Shown here: piece after piece, positions 1 to 12,197 of the stretch
Numbering within the stretch: the stretch's first letter is position 1
How the letters are laid out: every line of letters begins with the position of its first letter
Assembly: GCA_054600435.1 (NCBI GenBank)
Contig: BAAIJX010000003.1
Location: forward strand, 558,001-622,000
Reading direction: 5' to 3'
Length of the DNA stretch: 64,000 bases
Source of the DNA: Neophaeotheca triangularis
Taxonomy: Eukaryota
The notes under the pieces: model-generated
Told to the model about the DNA's origin: nothing
What the model saw: only the letters and a program-made list of their open reading frames with translations
Database searches by the model: none
Made by a program: the position numbers and the translations under genes

Positions 1-202
1 GACAATAGCGACGACAGTCTTTCGCGCCAAGTATAACAGACTGTCTCGTAAACATGCCTTTCTCCTCCTACTATGGACAACTTGGCTGCTAGAGAGACGC
101 CAACAATAAGCTCGAACGGGCCAGGAGATCACCACCTCCTTAAGCAGCAGTCACATTGTCGGATTGATTCGCGCAACCTAAATCCCTACCGGACACTACA
201 GC

Positions 203-3200
203 ATGGCCACCATGGAACGAAGTCGCGACAGTAGCACATCGCCTCGAACCAGGAGCCCACGCGACACCTCGCCCAAGGCCAGTACCGCCGGCCCCAGTGA
301 AGATGCCAGGCTTGGGAATGGCTATGTCTCCTCTCCTCTCCGGACTGAGCAACGGCTCAACAGCATTCAGAACAAGTCACTTCCTGACTTGTCAGCTTCC
401 GAAAGCCCCAGACCGAGCACTGCGCCGCATCCACGCTTCCCGTCCTCGTCCAAGCTGGGCAACAGCTTTCCGTTCAATGCACAGCCGGGTACGTACGGTC
501 AACTTCCAACTACTGGAGACTTAATAGAAGCGGAGGCGAGGGATACTGGGTCTTCTGAACTTGGGCCCCCGAGGCTGGGTCAACGGAGGACCAACGCTTC
601 AGGCACGGAAACGCCACCTGAAAGGAGGAGCGTGCAGTTTGCGAGAACCCCCACAGAAGGCGAAGCGTCGGCGCCTGGGCCGCTTTCGAAGAGCCTGACA
701 TGGGAGACGGACGAAGAAAACGAGAGGGATGCAGCGCCTGGTAGAGGAGAGCGACAGGGTTCATTCTTTACACGGTTAAAGGCGCTTGCGTCGCCAGCTT
801 CGTCGAATCATGTCAGGACGGCGAGCAATACCACTGGCTTTGGAACGCCTACTGGACCTCTTTCGCCGCAGTCTGAGCGCAGCGAACCCACTTACCCCGG
901 CACTCCTCGAGAAGCGAGCGAAGTGGGAGGAGACGCTGATGTCGAGGAGACGTCTGATGAGGATCAGGCCCCCGACACCATAAGGCCAAAGCGCAAAAGA
1001 AAGAGCAGGCGTCCGCCAATTGAAGGTAGCTCAAGCAATCCGAACACCCCGAGAACCTCACGCTTCGCTAGTTTCATTAGAGAACATCAACTTGGGAGCT
1101 CGAGCGGGCTGAAACCTCCACCAGAGCAAGCAAGACGGGGCACCATGGACGAGATACCCGAGAACGAAAGAGCTGGTGTATCCGAGGACGAGGGCAGAGA
1201 CAGGATACGTAACGCTTGGAGGCGTGGTATAGAGGGAGCGCGAGGGTTAAGCTATTCGGCGCGCAAGAACACAGAAGGGGATACACCGGATGGCCGACGA
1301 CCGCATGGTTTCCGACGAGCATTGACAGGTTTCGGGGGCACAGATGGTACTGCGGACTCATTATTTGCATTGCGGACGCATAGGCATAACAGCAGCAGTG
1401 TGCAAAAGTGGCGGCAAGTGAAGAACGGCTTGCGAATGCTTGGGCAAAGGAAGAAAGACGAGCGCATTAGAGTGGATCATCAAAAGTCAGCTCAACTCAT
1501 GGCCGAGCTCTTGGCTGGAGCACCCGCTGCTCTCTTCTTCGCGAGCATGTACCAGCGCGATGAGCACGGTCACAAAAGGATTCCGGTGCTTCTTGAGCAG
1601 CTCAAGATCAGCATCCCGTCCAGTCATATGCGAGAGGTCAAAGGTGGAGACCGTCACATGAATTTCCGTATTGATCTGGAGTATGGCAATGGGCCTGCGA
1701 GAATGAAGTGGACTATTCATCGCCTGCTGCGTGATTTTATCAATCTGCACGTCAAATACAAGGTTTCGCGGCAGACAGACATGGTCAAGCAGCTCAAGGG
1801 AGAGGATAAGAACAGGGCGAAGATCCCTCGCTTCCCCAAAAGTGCTTTCCCCTACTTACGTTCGGTACGTGGTCTGGCGAGCACACTTCAGCAACTCGAC
1901 GACGAGGACGATGAGGAAGAGGGTCCAGATGCAAGTGGTCTTGATGGCGAAGCTAGTGGTACCGAAAGACCTGGGCATCGCCGCCAACTATCCTCCATGG
2001 CACGTTTACCACGGCGAAAGTCTAGCACAGCCGATGTGAACGGCGATCCCGACGAACCGGGAGGCACGGCTCTCTCTGCCAGGCAACGGGAGCTCTACGC
2101 TGAAAGGCAGCGCAAGAAACTCGAAATCTATCTACAGCAAATGATCCGCTGGCTCATCTTCCGACCTGATAGCACGAGGTTGTGCAAATTTCTCGAAGTG
2201 TCTGCGCTGAGCATTAGGCTGTCAGCCGAGGGTGGATATCAAGGCAAACAAGGACTTCTAACAATCGCCTCTAGACGGAACCGCGAGCTGAGGCGAAAAC
2301 TGCTTGGGCCCTCAAAGCTATACGAACGGCATCATCCGAGGTGGTTCTTGGTGCGGCACTCGTACATTGTATGTGTAGATGGGCCAGAGTCCCTTGAACC
2401 GTACGATGTTTTTCTCGTGGACTCCGCGTTTTCGACGGAGAAGCACCAGAAGCGCATACGCGACCAGACAGCGCAAGAGATGGCGAAGACTGCTGCCGAA
2501 AACAGTAGCGCGCGCAAGCATCTCCTGCTGAGGATGTACAATTCGGAGAGGAAGTTGAAACTTATCGCACGAAACGAGCGCCAGCTTGCTCAGTTCAAGG
2601 AATCCGTTGAGCATATGGCATTGAACACGCTCTGGTCGAAGAAACAGCGATTTGATTCCTTTGCGCCTGTTCGAAGCAATGTATGGGCTCGCTGGTTGGT
2701 TGACGCTAGAGACCACATGTGGCAAGTTTCCCGTGCGATTGACAACGCAAAGGACTTTGTCTTCATCCACGATTGGTGGTTGAGTCCCGAGCTCTACATG
2801 CGGCGGCCAGCCGCCATCAGCCAGAAATGGCGTCTGGACCGTTTGCTGCAGCGCAAGGCCCAGGAAGGTGTTAAGATCTTCGTCATTGTCTATCGTAACG
2901 TCGAAAGCGCTATCCCGATCGACTCAGAGTACACAAAGTGGAGTTTGCTTGATTTGCACGAGAACATCTGCATCCAGCGGTCGCCGAATCAGTTCCGCCA
3001 GAACCAATTTTTCTGGGCCCATCACGAGAAGCTCGTTATCGTTGACAACATGATGGCGTTCGTTGGTGGTGTCGACCTGTGCTTTGGGCGTTGGGATGAG
3101 CCTTGCCACACGTTGACCGATGACAAGCTCACGGGCTTCGAGTTGGATCAAGACGTGCCGAGAGACTCGGAGCATTGCCAAAATTGGCCCGGCAAAGACT

Positions 3201-6049
3201 ACAGTAACCCTAGAGTCCAAGACTTTTACGCACTTGACAGACCATACGAAGAAATGTACGACCGTACAAAGGTGCCGAGGATGCCATGGCACGACATTTC
3301 AATGCAAATTGTTGGTCAGCCGGCGCGCGATGTGGGAAGACATTTCGTACAGCGCTGGAACTACATCCTGCGGCAGCGCGTGCCATCTCGACCGACTCCT
3401 GTCTTGATGCCTCCACCTGAGTTCGAAGACGACGAGCTTGACCGTCTGGGCATGACAGGGTCCTGCCAGATCCAAATTCTGCGCTCATGCTCCCCCTGGT
3501 CGATCGGCACACCGAACAAAGTCGAGCACAGCATCATGAACGCCTACGTCGCCTTGATTGAGAACTCGGAGCATTTCATCTACATTGAGAACCAATTTTT
3601 TGTCTCTTCCTGCACTGTCGAGGGGACCGTCATTCACAACAAAATTGGAGATGCGCTCGTCGAGCGCATCTGCCGCGCCTACGAGAACGACGAAGCCTGG
3701 CAAGCTACCCTGGTAATTCCATTGATGCCAGGTTTCCAGAACAGCGTCGACTCCCAGGATGGTACGAGTGTGCGGTTGATTATGCAATGCCAGTACCGTT
3801 CCATATGCAGAGGCGACAAGTCCATATTCGCGCGATGCAAGGCGAGGGGCATCGACCCCGAAAAGTACATACGCTTCTACTCGCTGCGGCAATGGGGTAA
3901 GATCGGGCCGCGCAAGTGTCTGACCACCGAGCAACTCTACATCCACGCTAAGTGTATGATTGTCGACGACAGGAGCGTGATTATTGGGTCTGCGAACATC
4001 AACGAGCGGTCTATGCTGGGGTCGCGAGACTCAGAGGTCGCTTCTGTTGTGGTTGATACGCGAATGATTCCATCCTTCATGGGTGGCGAACCATACGATG
4101 TTGGCGAGTTTCCGCACACGCTGCGCAAGCGTTTGATGCGGGAGCATCTGGGTGTGGATGTTGACGCCATCTACCGTCGCGAACAGCTTGCCGCTGAAGC
4201 AGAGCGAGCATTCCAGGATGCGGAGATGGACCGTATCTATAGGCCAGACTATGCAGAAAGCAGAGATTTTGCGGAGACGCCGATGGACTTTGAAACGCCA
4301 CCTCAGTCGCCTCCCGCTACCGGTGTGCTCACCCAACAGAACCTCGAAAGGAATACCTCTCGTCTAGATGTGCGGAAAGGTGAGCCGCGTCGATGGGTCG
4401 AAGACACAACTGACCAGTCGCCGCAAGAGCTGGAGCCGAGAGTAAACTCCAATGCCAACAGGAAGGGCTCTACAGACTTTCAGCGGGACCTTGACGTCGA
4501 AGGTTTGGGACCGGACAACATGAGAGCCTTGGGGGAGGCGGGAAACCACGGCATGAATGACACCAGCGTAGATGTCAACGGAAGGGAAACGCTGCAGCGC
4601 AAGGACGCGCCTGGTGTTCGACGTATCAAGCATCAGGAGCATCAAGTCGAAAAAGAGGCCTCATCGCGAAGGGATAGCCGAGAGCAGGCCCGCGCGGACA
4701 AGGACTCTCTTCCAAGACAGCCGCCCTGGCCCACGGAACGGACGGAGACGTCTGTTCTGGGCCTCACGCCTCGCTATCAGCTCCCTGAGCTTCCAACTTT
4801 GGACGACACTGACATTGGGGGGCCAGCTCTGCAGCGGAACATGTCCAAATCTTCGACTACAAGAATACCCTTGCACCTGCAAAACATGCACAGGCCGCAG
4901 GTGACGGAGGATTGCATGACCGACCCGATCCACGACGAGTTTTACTACAAAATCTGGCACCAAGTCGCCGAGAACAATACCAAGATCTACCGACAAGTTT
5001 TTCGCTGCATGCCCGACTCGGAAGTTCGCGATTGGAAACAGTATGAGATGGCAAACGACTACAATGAGCGATTCATGCAGTCTCAGGGTCTGGGCAACAG
5101 CAAGCCCAAACCCTCCGCCGACAAGCCCCCTAAGAGTGGCCCGCCCGGCTCCGGGGGCACGGGCGCCGAGTCAGTCGTGTCTGCTGCCGCTGGCGACAAA
5201 CTAAGCCATACACAAGCCAAGAGCAAAGGTGTGCTCGGTGGTATGATTGGTAAGTTCAGACCAGGCAGCAAAACCAGCAATTCGGAGACTACGCACACAG
5301 AAGAAGCGCACGAAAAGGAGTTCATCGAGAAAGAAGCGGGTGAGAAAGAAACAGGCGAAAAAGACGCCTCTTCAAACGGTAGCCCAGAAACCGGCGTCCC
5401 TTCCTCCGAAGACCCCAACACCGCCGTCCCTTCACCAAACCCGCAACCTCTAGACGAAAAAGAAGGTCAGCGGCTCGAAGACGAGCGCAACAACGGCCCC
5501 GAAGCCTTTCCCAACCTCCCCAGTAACACCGCCTCAGACCCACCCCAACAACAGCAACAACAAAAAGACACTGAATGCAAAGAAACGCACTCCAACAGCC
5601 TAACCAACGCAGCCGCAACCCTGAACCCGGTGTCCAAAATCCGCACCATCCAGTACTCGAGCGACGTGAACGCGGCACCAGAGACCACGGCCACACAAAG
5701 CACAAACATCCAACAGGACCCATCGCAAAAGCAGCAACAAAGACGGCGTAGAGCGACGACCAAGAGTTCAGGAAAACCGCCGACCGAAGAAGTGTTGACT
5801 TACGAGGAAGCGGAGAAGTTGCTCAAGATGGTGCAGGGGCATTTGGTGCTTTGGCCCTATGATTGGTACGTTTGACCCCCTATCCTTTGTGGTGGTTATT
5901 TTATTCTTTTATTCTTCTCTTTGCAATCGTGCATGTGGGGTTTTTTTGGCTGACTTTTTATGCTTTCTTACAGGCTTGAGAAGGAGGAAAAGGGCGGGAA
6001 TTGGCTTTACAATATCGATCAGCTCGCGCCGTTGGAGATTTATGATTGA
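203..6049 (+). CDS. SPO14: Phospholipase D1 (Spo14/PLD1 type); exons 203-5865, 5974-6049
   Basis: 1890-aa ORF with two HKD motifs (HEKLVIVD, HAKCMIVD...GSANIN), a PX/PH-like region and the RMPWHD motif. Intron GTACGT(5866)...GCTGAC...CAG(5973) restores the C-terminus WLEKEEKGGNWLYNIDQLAPLEIYD*. Confidence 0.95.
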
Positions 6050-6894
6050 GCCGCTTTCGCTGCTTTGGATCGGAGTGCGCTTTTGATCAACTATCCTATC
6101 CAATCGCCCTCCGGCTCGGCGGTTACACGTGCTTCTAGTGCCGGACACTGCTCGTCACAGGGGCGCGCTCGTGTCGGCCGGGTCGTGTTTTTTTTTTCTA
6201 GCGTTCACGCACTCATTCTTTTGCGCTTTCGTGGTGGGGATCGACTAGATGCCCGTTGGCGGCCGAGGGCGTTAGGCTCGTGAGCGTTTTGGGCCATGGG
6301 AGCATTTCTCGGTGGACTGCGATTGTAATACTTACTTCTGTATTCGCCTTTGCGTGAGGCTGTTTTGTGTTGATTGGCACTCGTCTTTTTGGGTCACCGT
6401 GTTGATTTAAAAATGCATGGTGAATTCGGCAAAAGATGGGCCAGGCGGAGTACATATGTAGAGCGTAGCCGCAGAGTTTTGAACCAAGGCATCGTTTGCG
6501 CGTCGGCGATACTTGGGTCGTGTTTCACTTGTGTATACACCGGTGTCTATATCTTGCCTGGCTTTCGAGGCACTGGCTTACTTTGATTCACACGGACAGT
6601 GCGACAACCTGCCTATATGGATCGTCTAGAAAACGACACAACCAACACGACAATAGAAATGCAAAGGATAGAAGACAACAAAAGCGAAATGGAAAGGAAA
6701 ACAAAGCACAACACTTATCGTCCGTACTTACCGTGCCCCACCGAACCCAAACCACAACCCTAACGCCCACTCGAACAGCCAAACCAGCCGACCTCTCCAG
6801 GAGGCGACTCCAGACCTCAACGCCAGCAACCAACGAGCGAGACTCACCTACCTCATCCGTCAGCAGTCCTACAAAAGCCCTCCGCAACTCTCAC

Positions 6895-7383
6895 CTACCT
6901 CAGCGACCTCCAATGCAAATTCCACAACCCAGCTTTAGCAGCACCAACCCTCTTCCCAGCAACCCCTTTGCCCTTCCTCGGCACGCCCAGAATCCCAAGT
7001 TCCACCCCATCAACCACTCTCCCACAGCCGCCAGTAGCGGAAGTAGTAGAGGGAGAAGAAGAAGAAGAAGAAGAAGCAAAAGCAGAACCCACAAGACCAG
7101 GCCCGGCAGCAGTAAAGCTACTCGCGGAAGAAGCGGCGCCGCTGCGAGCACGGCCAATGCTGTTGGAAACCTCAGAGTGCGTGCCCTCGTCCTCGTCGCT
7201 TGCGCGTTTTTGTTTCGTGCATTTGGCGCAAGGGTGCGTGCGCACGGTTTGGATGCCTAGGTCTGTCGTGTCGTAGCAGCCTTGGCTGAGACCTGGTTGC
7301 GTGGTTGCGCGGATGCAGGGGAAGATTAGGGGCCGGCAGAAGTGGGTGCAGGGGGTGTGGAAGGGGGTTTGTTTGCGGCACAT
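6895..7383 (-). CDS. Small hypothetical protein with an N-terminal Cys/His cluster (MC..C.H.C..C..C..CxxC) and a Ser-rich tail
   Basis: 162-aa ATG ORF (MCRKQTPFHTPCTHFCRPLIFPC...HPCAKC), a pattern common in small fungal orphan proteins. A plausible donor, branch point and acceptor lie at the stop codon. Confidence 0.6.
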   Translation of the reverse strand: MCRKQTPFHTPCTHFCRPLIFPCIRATTQPGLSQGCYDTTDLGIQTVRTHPCAKCTKQKRASDEDEGTHSEVSNSIGRARSGAASSASSFTAAGPGLVGSAFASSSSSSSPSTTSATGGCGRVVDGVELGILGVPRKGKGVAGKRVGAAKAGLWNLHWRSLR

Positions 7384-8479
7384 TGTTGGAATGGGCTGCT
7401 TGGGGTTGGGGGATGCGGGATGGAGGGGGTGCGGTTTGGGGGATTTTTTTTTTCGGGGTTTCTTTTTTGGTTTCTTCTCTCTTTCGTTGCGGTGGGTTCG
7501 TGTTGAGTTTTTGGGGGTTCTTGTACTTACCGTTGTGCTTGGAGACCAGCCAGTAGTCTCTGTTGCACTTTGAGAGGTTTGAGGAAGGGAGGAAGGAAAG
7601 AGAACAGTGGGATATGAGGGAGATCGGGGGCGTACTTATGGGTCCAGGGCCACAAAGCCATTGTGGTGCATTGCTTTGTTTCTTTGGAAAGCGCCTTTGT
7701 AAGGGAACAACATGAGGCTTTGTCCTCGAGCGGTTCTATATGGAATGTCGACAAAGGCTCTGGCAATGCATGTCTTTGTCCAGTGCGTTTATCTATAAGG
7801 AAGGAATAGCACGTCGGAAGACATGCCATGGGTCGGTAAGAAACGTACTGCAGAGCGTTCCTGGCGTACTCAGAGATTGTGAAGTCCGAGATTCTTTGAC
7901 CATGCTCCATTGATATGTGGTAGACGTGAATGAGACAGGATGCCTTTAGACCACGATCGGTTTGGCTCGCAAAGGGGGGCTGCGTGGTCCTTCCAGGAGA
8001 GAAGACTGTTGGGGCGTGTGTCCCGGTATGCAGGATCATCCAGGCGATTTACCAGACAATGGAGGGTTGCAATAGTGTACCCGGGGAAGCCACTGGAATT
8101 CGTAACGTGATGATATGAGTGATGATACGAAGCCGGTCAATAATTGGACGCGTCGCAGGCTGACCAGAGTGGGAGGTCTGGGTCTGGGTGTTTGTGTAGT
8201 AGTGTCGAATAGCAAGAAAAGTCACTCGGCTACCAAAGGTGTAACTAGTCATACCTAACAATACGCCTGTCCTGTGTAGATTCGGTACAAAAAGGGACAT
8301 GGCTTCCGAAAAGTACCACCATCACCGTACCGTACCGTGCGTACCCTCAACTTGTTCTCGAAGCCCGCCCCGGCAGTCGGCGAGACCTCGTACACGCGCC
8401 TACGCCACAGCCGTTGTTAGTCAAGCAGACACAAGGCAATTTGTAGGGTTACAAAAGCAGCAATGCCTATTGGCCGGCC

Positions 8480-9780
8480 ATCTGGTCTTATCGCGCGCCA
8501 GGGCGGTGAGTCGAAAGCGGCTCCCGACGGCGGGGTACCTGGGTACAATTGGCCCTACCTGTAACGTAGGTACATACTGTAGTACCTAGTACTAGTAGTC
8601 AGTAGTGTGTACCTACCTTACTCCGCGCCGAGTTCGCTGGGGGAGAGTGGGACAATAATACCTTACATGTAGGAGGTGAGTTAGTTACTGCCTAAGTAGT
8701 TTGGGCTTGGGGTCGAGGAATCACGGTCGCGTGAGTCTTGTACAACCTAATGATCAATGATAATAATAATAATGATATTACTTACCATCCTGCTTCTTTG
8801 GGGGGTGTTATCGGATAAGGCTTATAGGTCCGGTCTCAGTCTTCCCGCCACATGCCAACCGAAGATGGCGGGGGGGACAGTTCACGGGGAAGCAGTGGGG
8901 TCTGTCACTACTACAGTCTACTGCTATCTGCCGCACTACTGATGATGGGAGTGGAGGCTACAGGATTGGATGCTTATCAGCTTTGATTAAGCGATCGTGG
9001 GATGCATGTGGATGACGTTCAATGCCTGGCAACAGAAAAGCAAGAAAACCAGAGCCTGACAAGCAATAATAATGTGGTGGGCTTCGATCGATCAAACAGC
9101 GACTCAAGTCCGAGGAAGGGACGTGAGTTGTTAGCTACTACGCAACTATGCATTCAGTTGTTTTCTTCTGCCTGTGCCTGCACCAGCGTAGATTGACGCT
9201 GCTGAAAAATTGCTGAGACAGATCATCAGGTGTTTTGCTTTGTCTTTCGTTGGAGGGGGCGGAGGAGGCGGACCAGGCCTCGGCATGTGTCAAAGGAGAG
9301 GGAAAGTGAATTATTAGGCCAAAGGGTGGTACCGGAAAGGCGACAAAGGAGGCTGCTTGTCAGCGCACCTCGCATCAAAGGAAGTGGAAGGGTGCACGCG
9401 GGTGAATGACAATAGTCAACGGTACAGTGTACAGTGTACATGCACCGTGAATGCTAGGTAACGATAATGCTGATCATCTTTATAACTATCATCCGAGGAG
9501 AAGATTGCTTCTTACAGTTTGCAGGTCGTTTGCGCGGAACGAGTTATACTGAGTTAACTGGCTGGCGTGATTATTATTATTATTCCATTGTTATTTCCCC
9601 CCCGTAAACAGCGACCCGACTTGTTCATTGGTTCTGCCTCGAGCCGAAACTCGCGCAATCGCATATCTGGGCCCGGCGTGGCCTGTTCATCCCGCCTGCC
9701 AGCGCCAAGGTCACCGCATGCGCCACGCGAACACAGGGTTCAAAGCGCGCGCCCGGGCCATTTCTAGAGATAGCGACCCG
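8480..9780. promoter_or_regulatory. Upstream region of glutamine synthetase with several GATA (HGATAR) motifs, possible AreA/Nit2 sites
   Basis: CTTATC near 8487 and 8973, TTATCGGATAAG near 8808, GATAAT near 9463, AGATAG near 9768. These short motifs could occur by chance. Confidence 0.3.
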
Positions 9781-9978
9781 GCAGAATTCACGAATAATAC
9801 CTCGTCGGCGCCCACCATTGTCGTCTGGTCTTTTCATCCTCTCCATCCTCGCAACCGGCCTTTCTACCCTTTCCCAGTCTCATAAACCGCTTGGTATCGT
9901 CGCCATCCATCCGACAAAGACCTGTATTCATTCAGATCCCCACCAAATCCTCTTTGACCCCCCAAAACCACAGTCATC

Positions 9979-11672
9979 ATGGTACGTTGGCAACTGAATC
10001 ATACTACATACAACCGCCGAATGACTGCTAACAAAGCGCAAACAGTCTGACAGCGCCTACATCTCGAACACCGAGAACGTTCGTATCCTCTTCAAAACCA
10101 ACTCTCAGTCTTCTGCGCTGCCGCTGACTCTACCATAGCTTCAAAAATACCTGAAGCTCGACCAGAAGGGCGCCGTTATCGCCGAGTACGTCTGGATCGA
10201 TGCGTCTGGCGGCACACGCTCCAAGTGCAAGGTAAGCCTCAGCATTTTACTCATATTCAACCACATCCAACCTCCTGGGCTTGTCATTGTCATGGTCCGC
10301 TTGCGGCTTCCAAAGACGTCAAATTCCTGGGCTGCGGGCCCTGACATCGGCTGTGGCTTCTGCAGCCCGCGAATCGGCGCGCTTCGGCTTCTAGAAGTTC
10401 TTCGCCAGCCGACGACAACCGCGATCCGTATACATACCTACCTACGCACTTCTACACGAAGCCCACAAATAGCGCCGCATTGAAGCGGTTATTCGGTCAC
10501 GTGAGCTGACAATCATCGCTTGCAGACTCTCAAACAGGCCCCCAAAGATGTCAAGGAGCTCCCAGAGTGGAACTTTGACGGTTCCTCGACCGGCCAAGCC
10601 CCAGGCGATAACTCTGATGTCTACCTCCGCCCAGTCGCCTTCTACCCCGACCCTTTCAGGTTAGGCGAGAACATCATCGTCATGTGTGAGACCTGGATGA
10701 GCGATGGCACCCCCAACGCATACAACTTCCGCCACGATGCCGCCGTTGTCATGGAAAAGCACTCCAAGGAGGAATTCTGGTTCGGTCTTGAGCAAGAATA
10801 CACCCTCCTCGATCCCACCGGCTGGCCTTATGGCTGGCCAAGAAACGGCTTCCCCGCCCCTCAAGGCCCCTACTACTGCGGCAACGGTACCGGCAAGGTT
10901 TTCTGCAGAGATATCGTTGACGCTCACTACAAGGCTTGCTTGTACGCTGGCATCGAAATTTCCGGTACCAACGCTGAAGTCATGCCTGCGCAATGGGAGT
11001 ACCAAGTTGGACCTTGCACTGGAATTGATCGTGAGTTGTTCCCACGACATTGTACCCCTAAAAGAATATACATTAACTCGCAAACAGTCGGTGACCAGCT
11101 CTGGATGTCCCGCTTCCTCCTCCACCGTGTCGCCGAAGAATTCGGCGCTAAAGTTACTTTCGCCCCCAAGCCCATCCCAGGTGACTGGAACGGTGCCGGT
11201 CTTCACACCAACGTCAGCACAGCCGAGATGCGCGCCGACGGTGGCATGAAGGCCATGGAGGCGGCCATGGAGAAGCTCAGCAAACGACACAAGGAACACA
11301 TGGAGGTCTACGGCGAGGGCAACGCAGCACGTATGACTGGCAGGCACGAGACAGCCTCCTTCGACAGGTTCAACTGGGGCATTGCAAACAGGGGTGCTAG
11401 TGTGCGTATCAACCGCCAATGCGCCGAGGAGGGCAAGGGATACTTCGAGGACAGGAGACCTGCTTCCAACGCCGACCCTTACCAGATCACCGGCATCATC
11501 GTCGAGACTGTGAGTTCAAACCACTTAATCATACCTCAGCAATATCGAAAACATCGCCCACTAACTCGCCTAACAGATCTGCGGCAAGGTCGAGGGTCAC
11601 GACATCCACAAGGCATCTGCCAACACAGAGCTTCAAGAACAAGAGATGATCGTGCCGGTCGGGAAACCATAG
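9979..11672 (+). CDS. GLN1: Glutamine synthetase (type II); exons 9979-9981 (ATG only), 10046-10078, 10139-10231, 10526-11030, 11088-11509, 11577-11672
   Basis: Spliced product [45 protein letters not shown]...[11 protein letters not shown]...[12 protein letters not shown]...[10 protein letters not shown]...[11 protein letters not shown]. All five introns are GT-AG with branch-point motifs. Confidence 0.97.
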
Positions 11673-12197
11673 ATGGAATACATTCGATTGTTTCGCCGAA
11701 GCGCACCGTACATAAGGCATTGTTGCGCGCCTTTGGCCAGGGAAGAAGAAGATACCTATTGTTGTTAGAGCGATGTTGAAGATTCAGGCTGCTATTGAGA
11801 GCAGTGTTGGACTTGTTCATAAGCGGGTCACGTTATGGCGTACTGGTCTTGGGATTGCTACTGCCGCCACAGCATAGGCGGTTCTTTACATTAGACTTTT
11901 CGATTTAGGGCATTAGCATGTCACGAGAACGACGTTCAGACAAGTTGCATATTCGGTGTCATCAGTCTATATATCCAATTTTCATTCTTTAATGTATCAC
12001 GTGTCCGCGTTCGCGGTTGGCGCACTGAGTTTAAGCAGCGCGCTTTCACCTACCTCAATGGCCAAATCCATCGCTCACTCTCTGAACACATCTGTTTCAA
12101 GCAATGATTACTCACTCGAGCTTGAGAAACCAACCTTTCGTATAATGAGAGTACGGCAGTCAACCCACTATCCACATTAAAACACCGTCCCCACATC

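Noticed and set aside
6496..7276. Plus-strand ORFs (254 aa and 102 aa) with poly-R or poly-E
   Set aside because: They arise from the (GAA)n repeat antisense to the Ser tract of the minus-strand Cys/His gene and have non-ATG starts.
7527..8039. 170-aa minus-strand ATG ORF
   Set aside because: No recognisable domain or codon bias; probably the promoter/UTR region of the neighbouring gene. Cannot be fully excluded.
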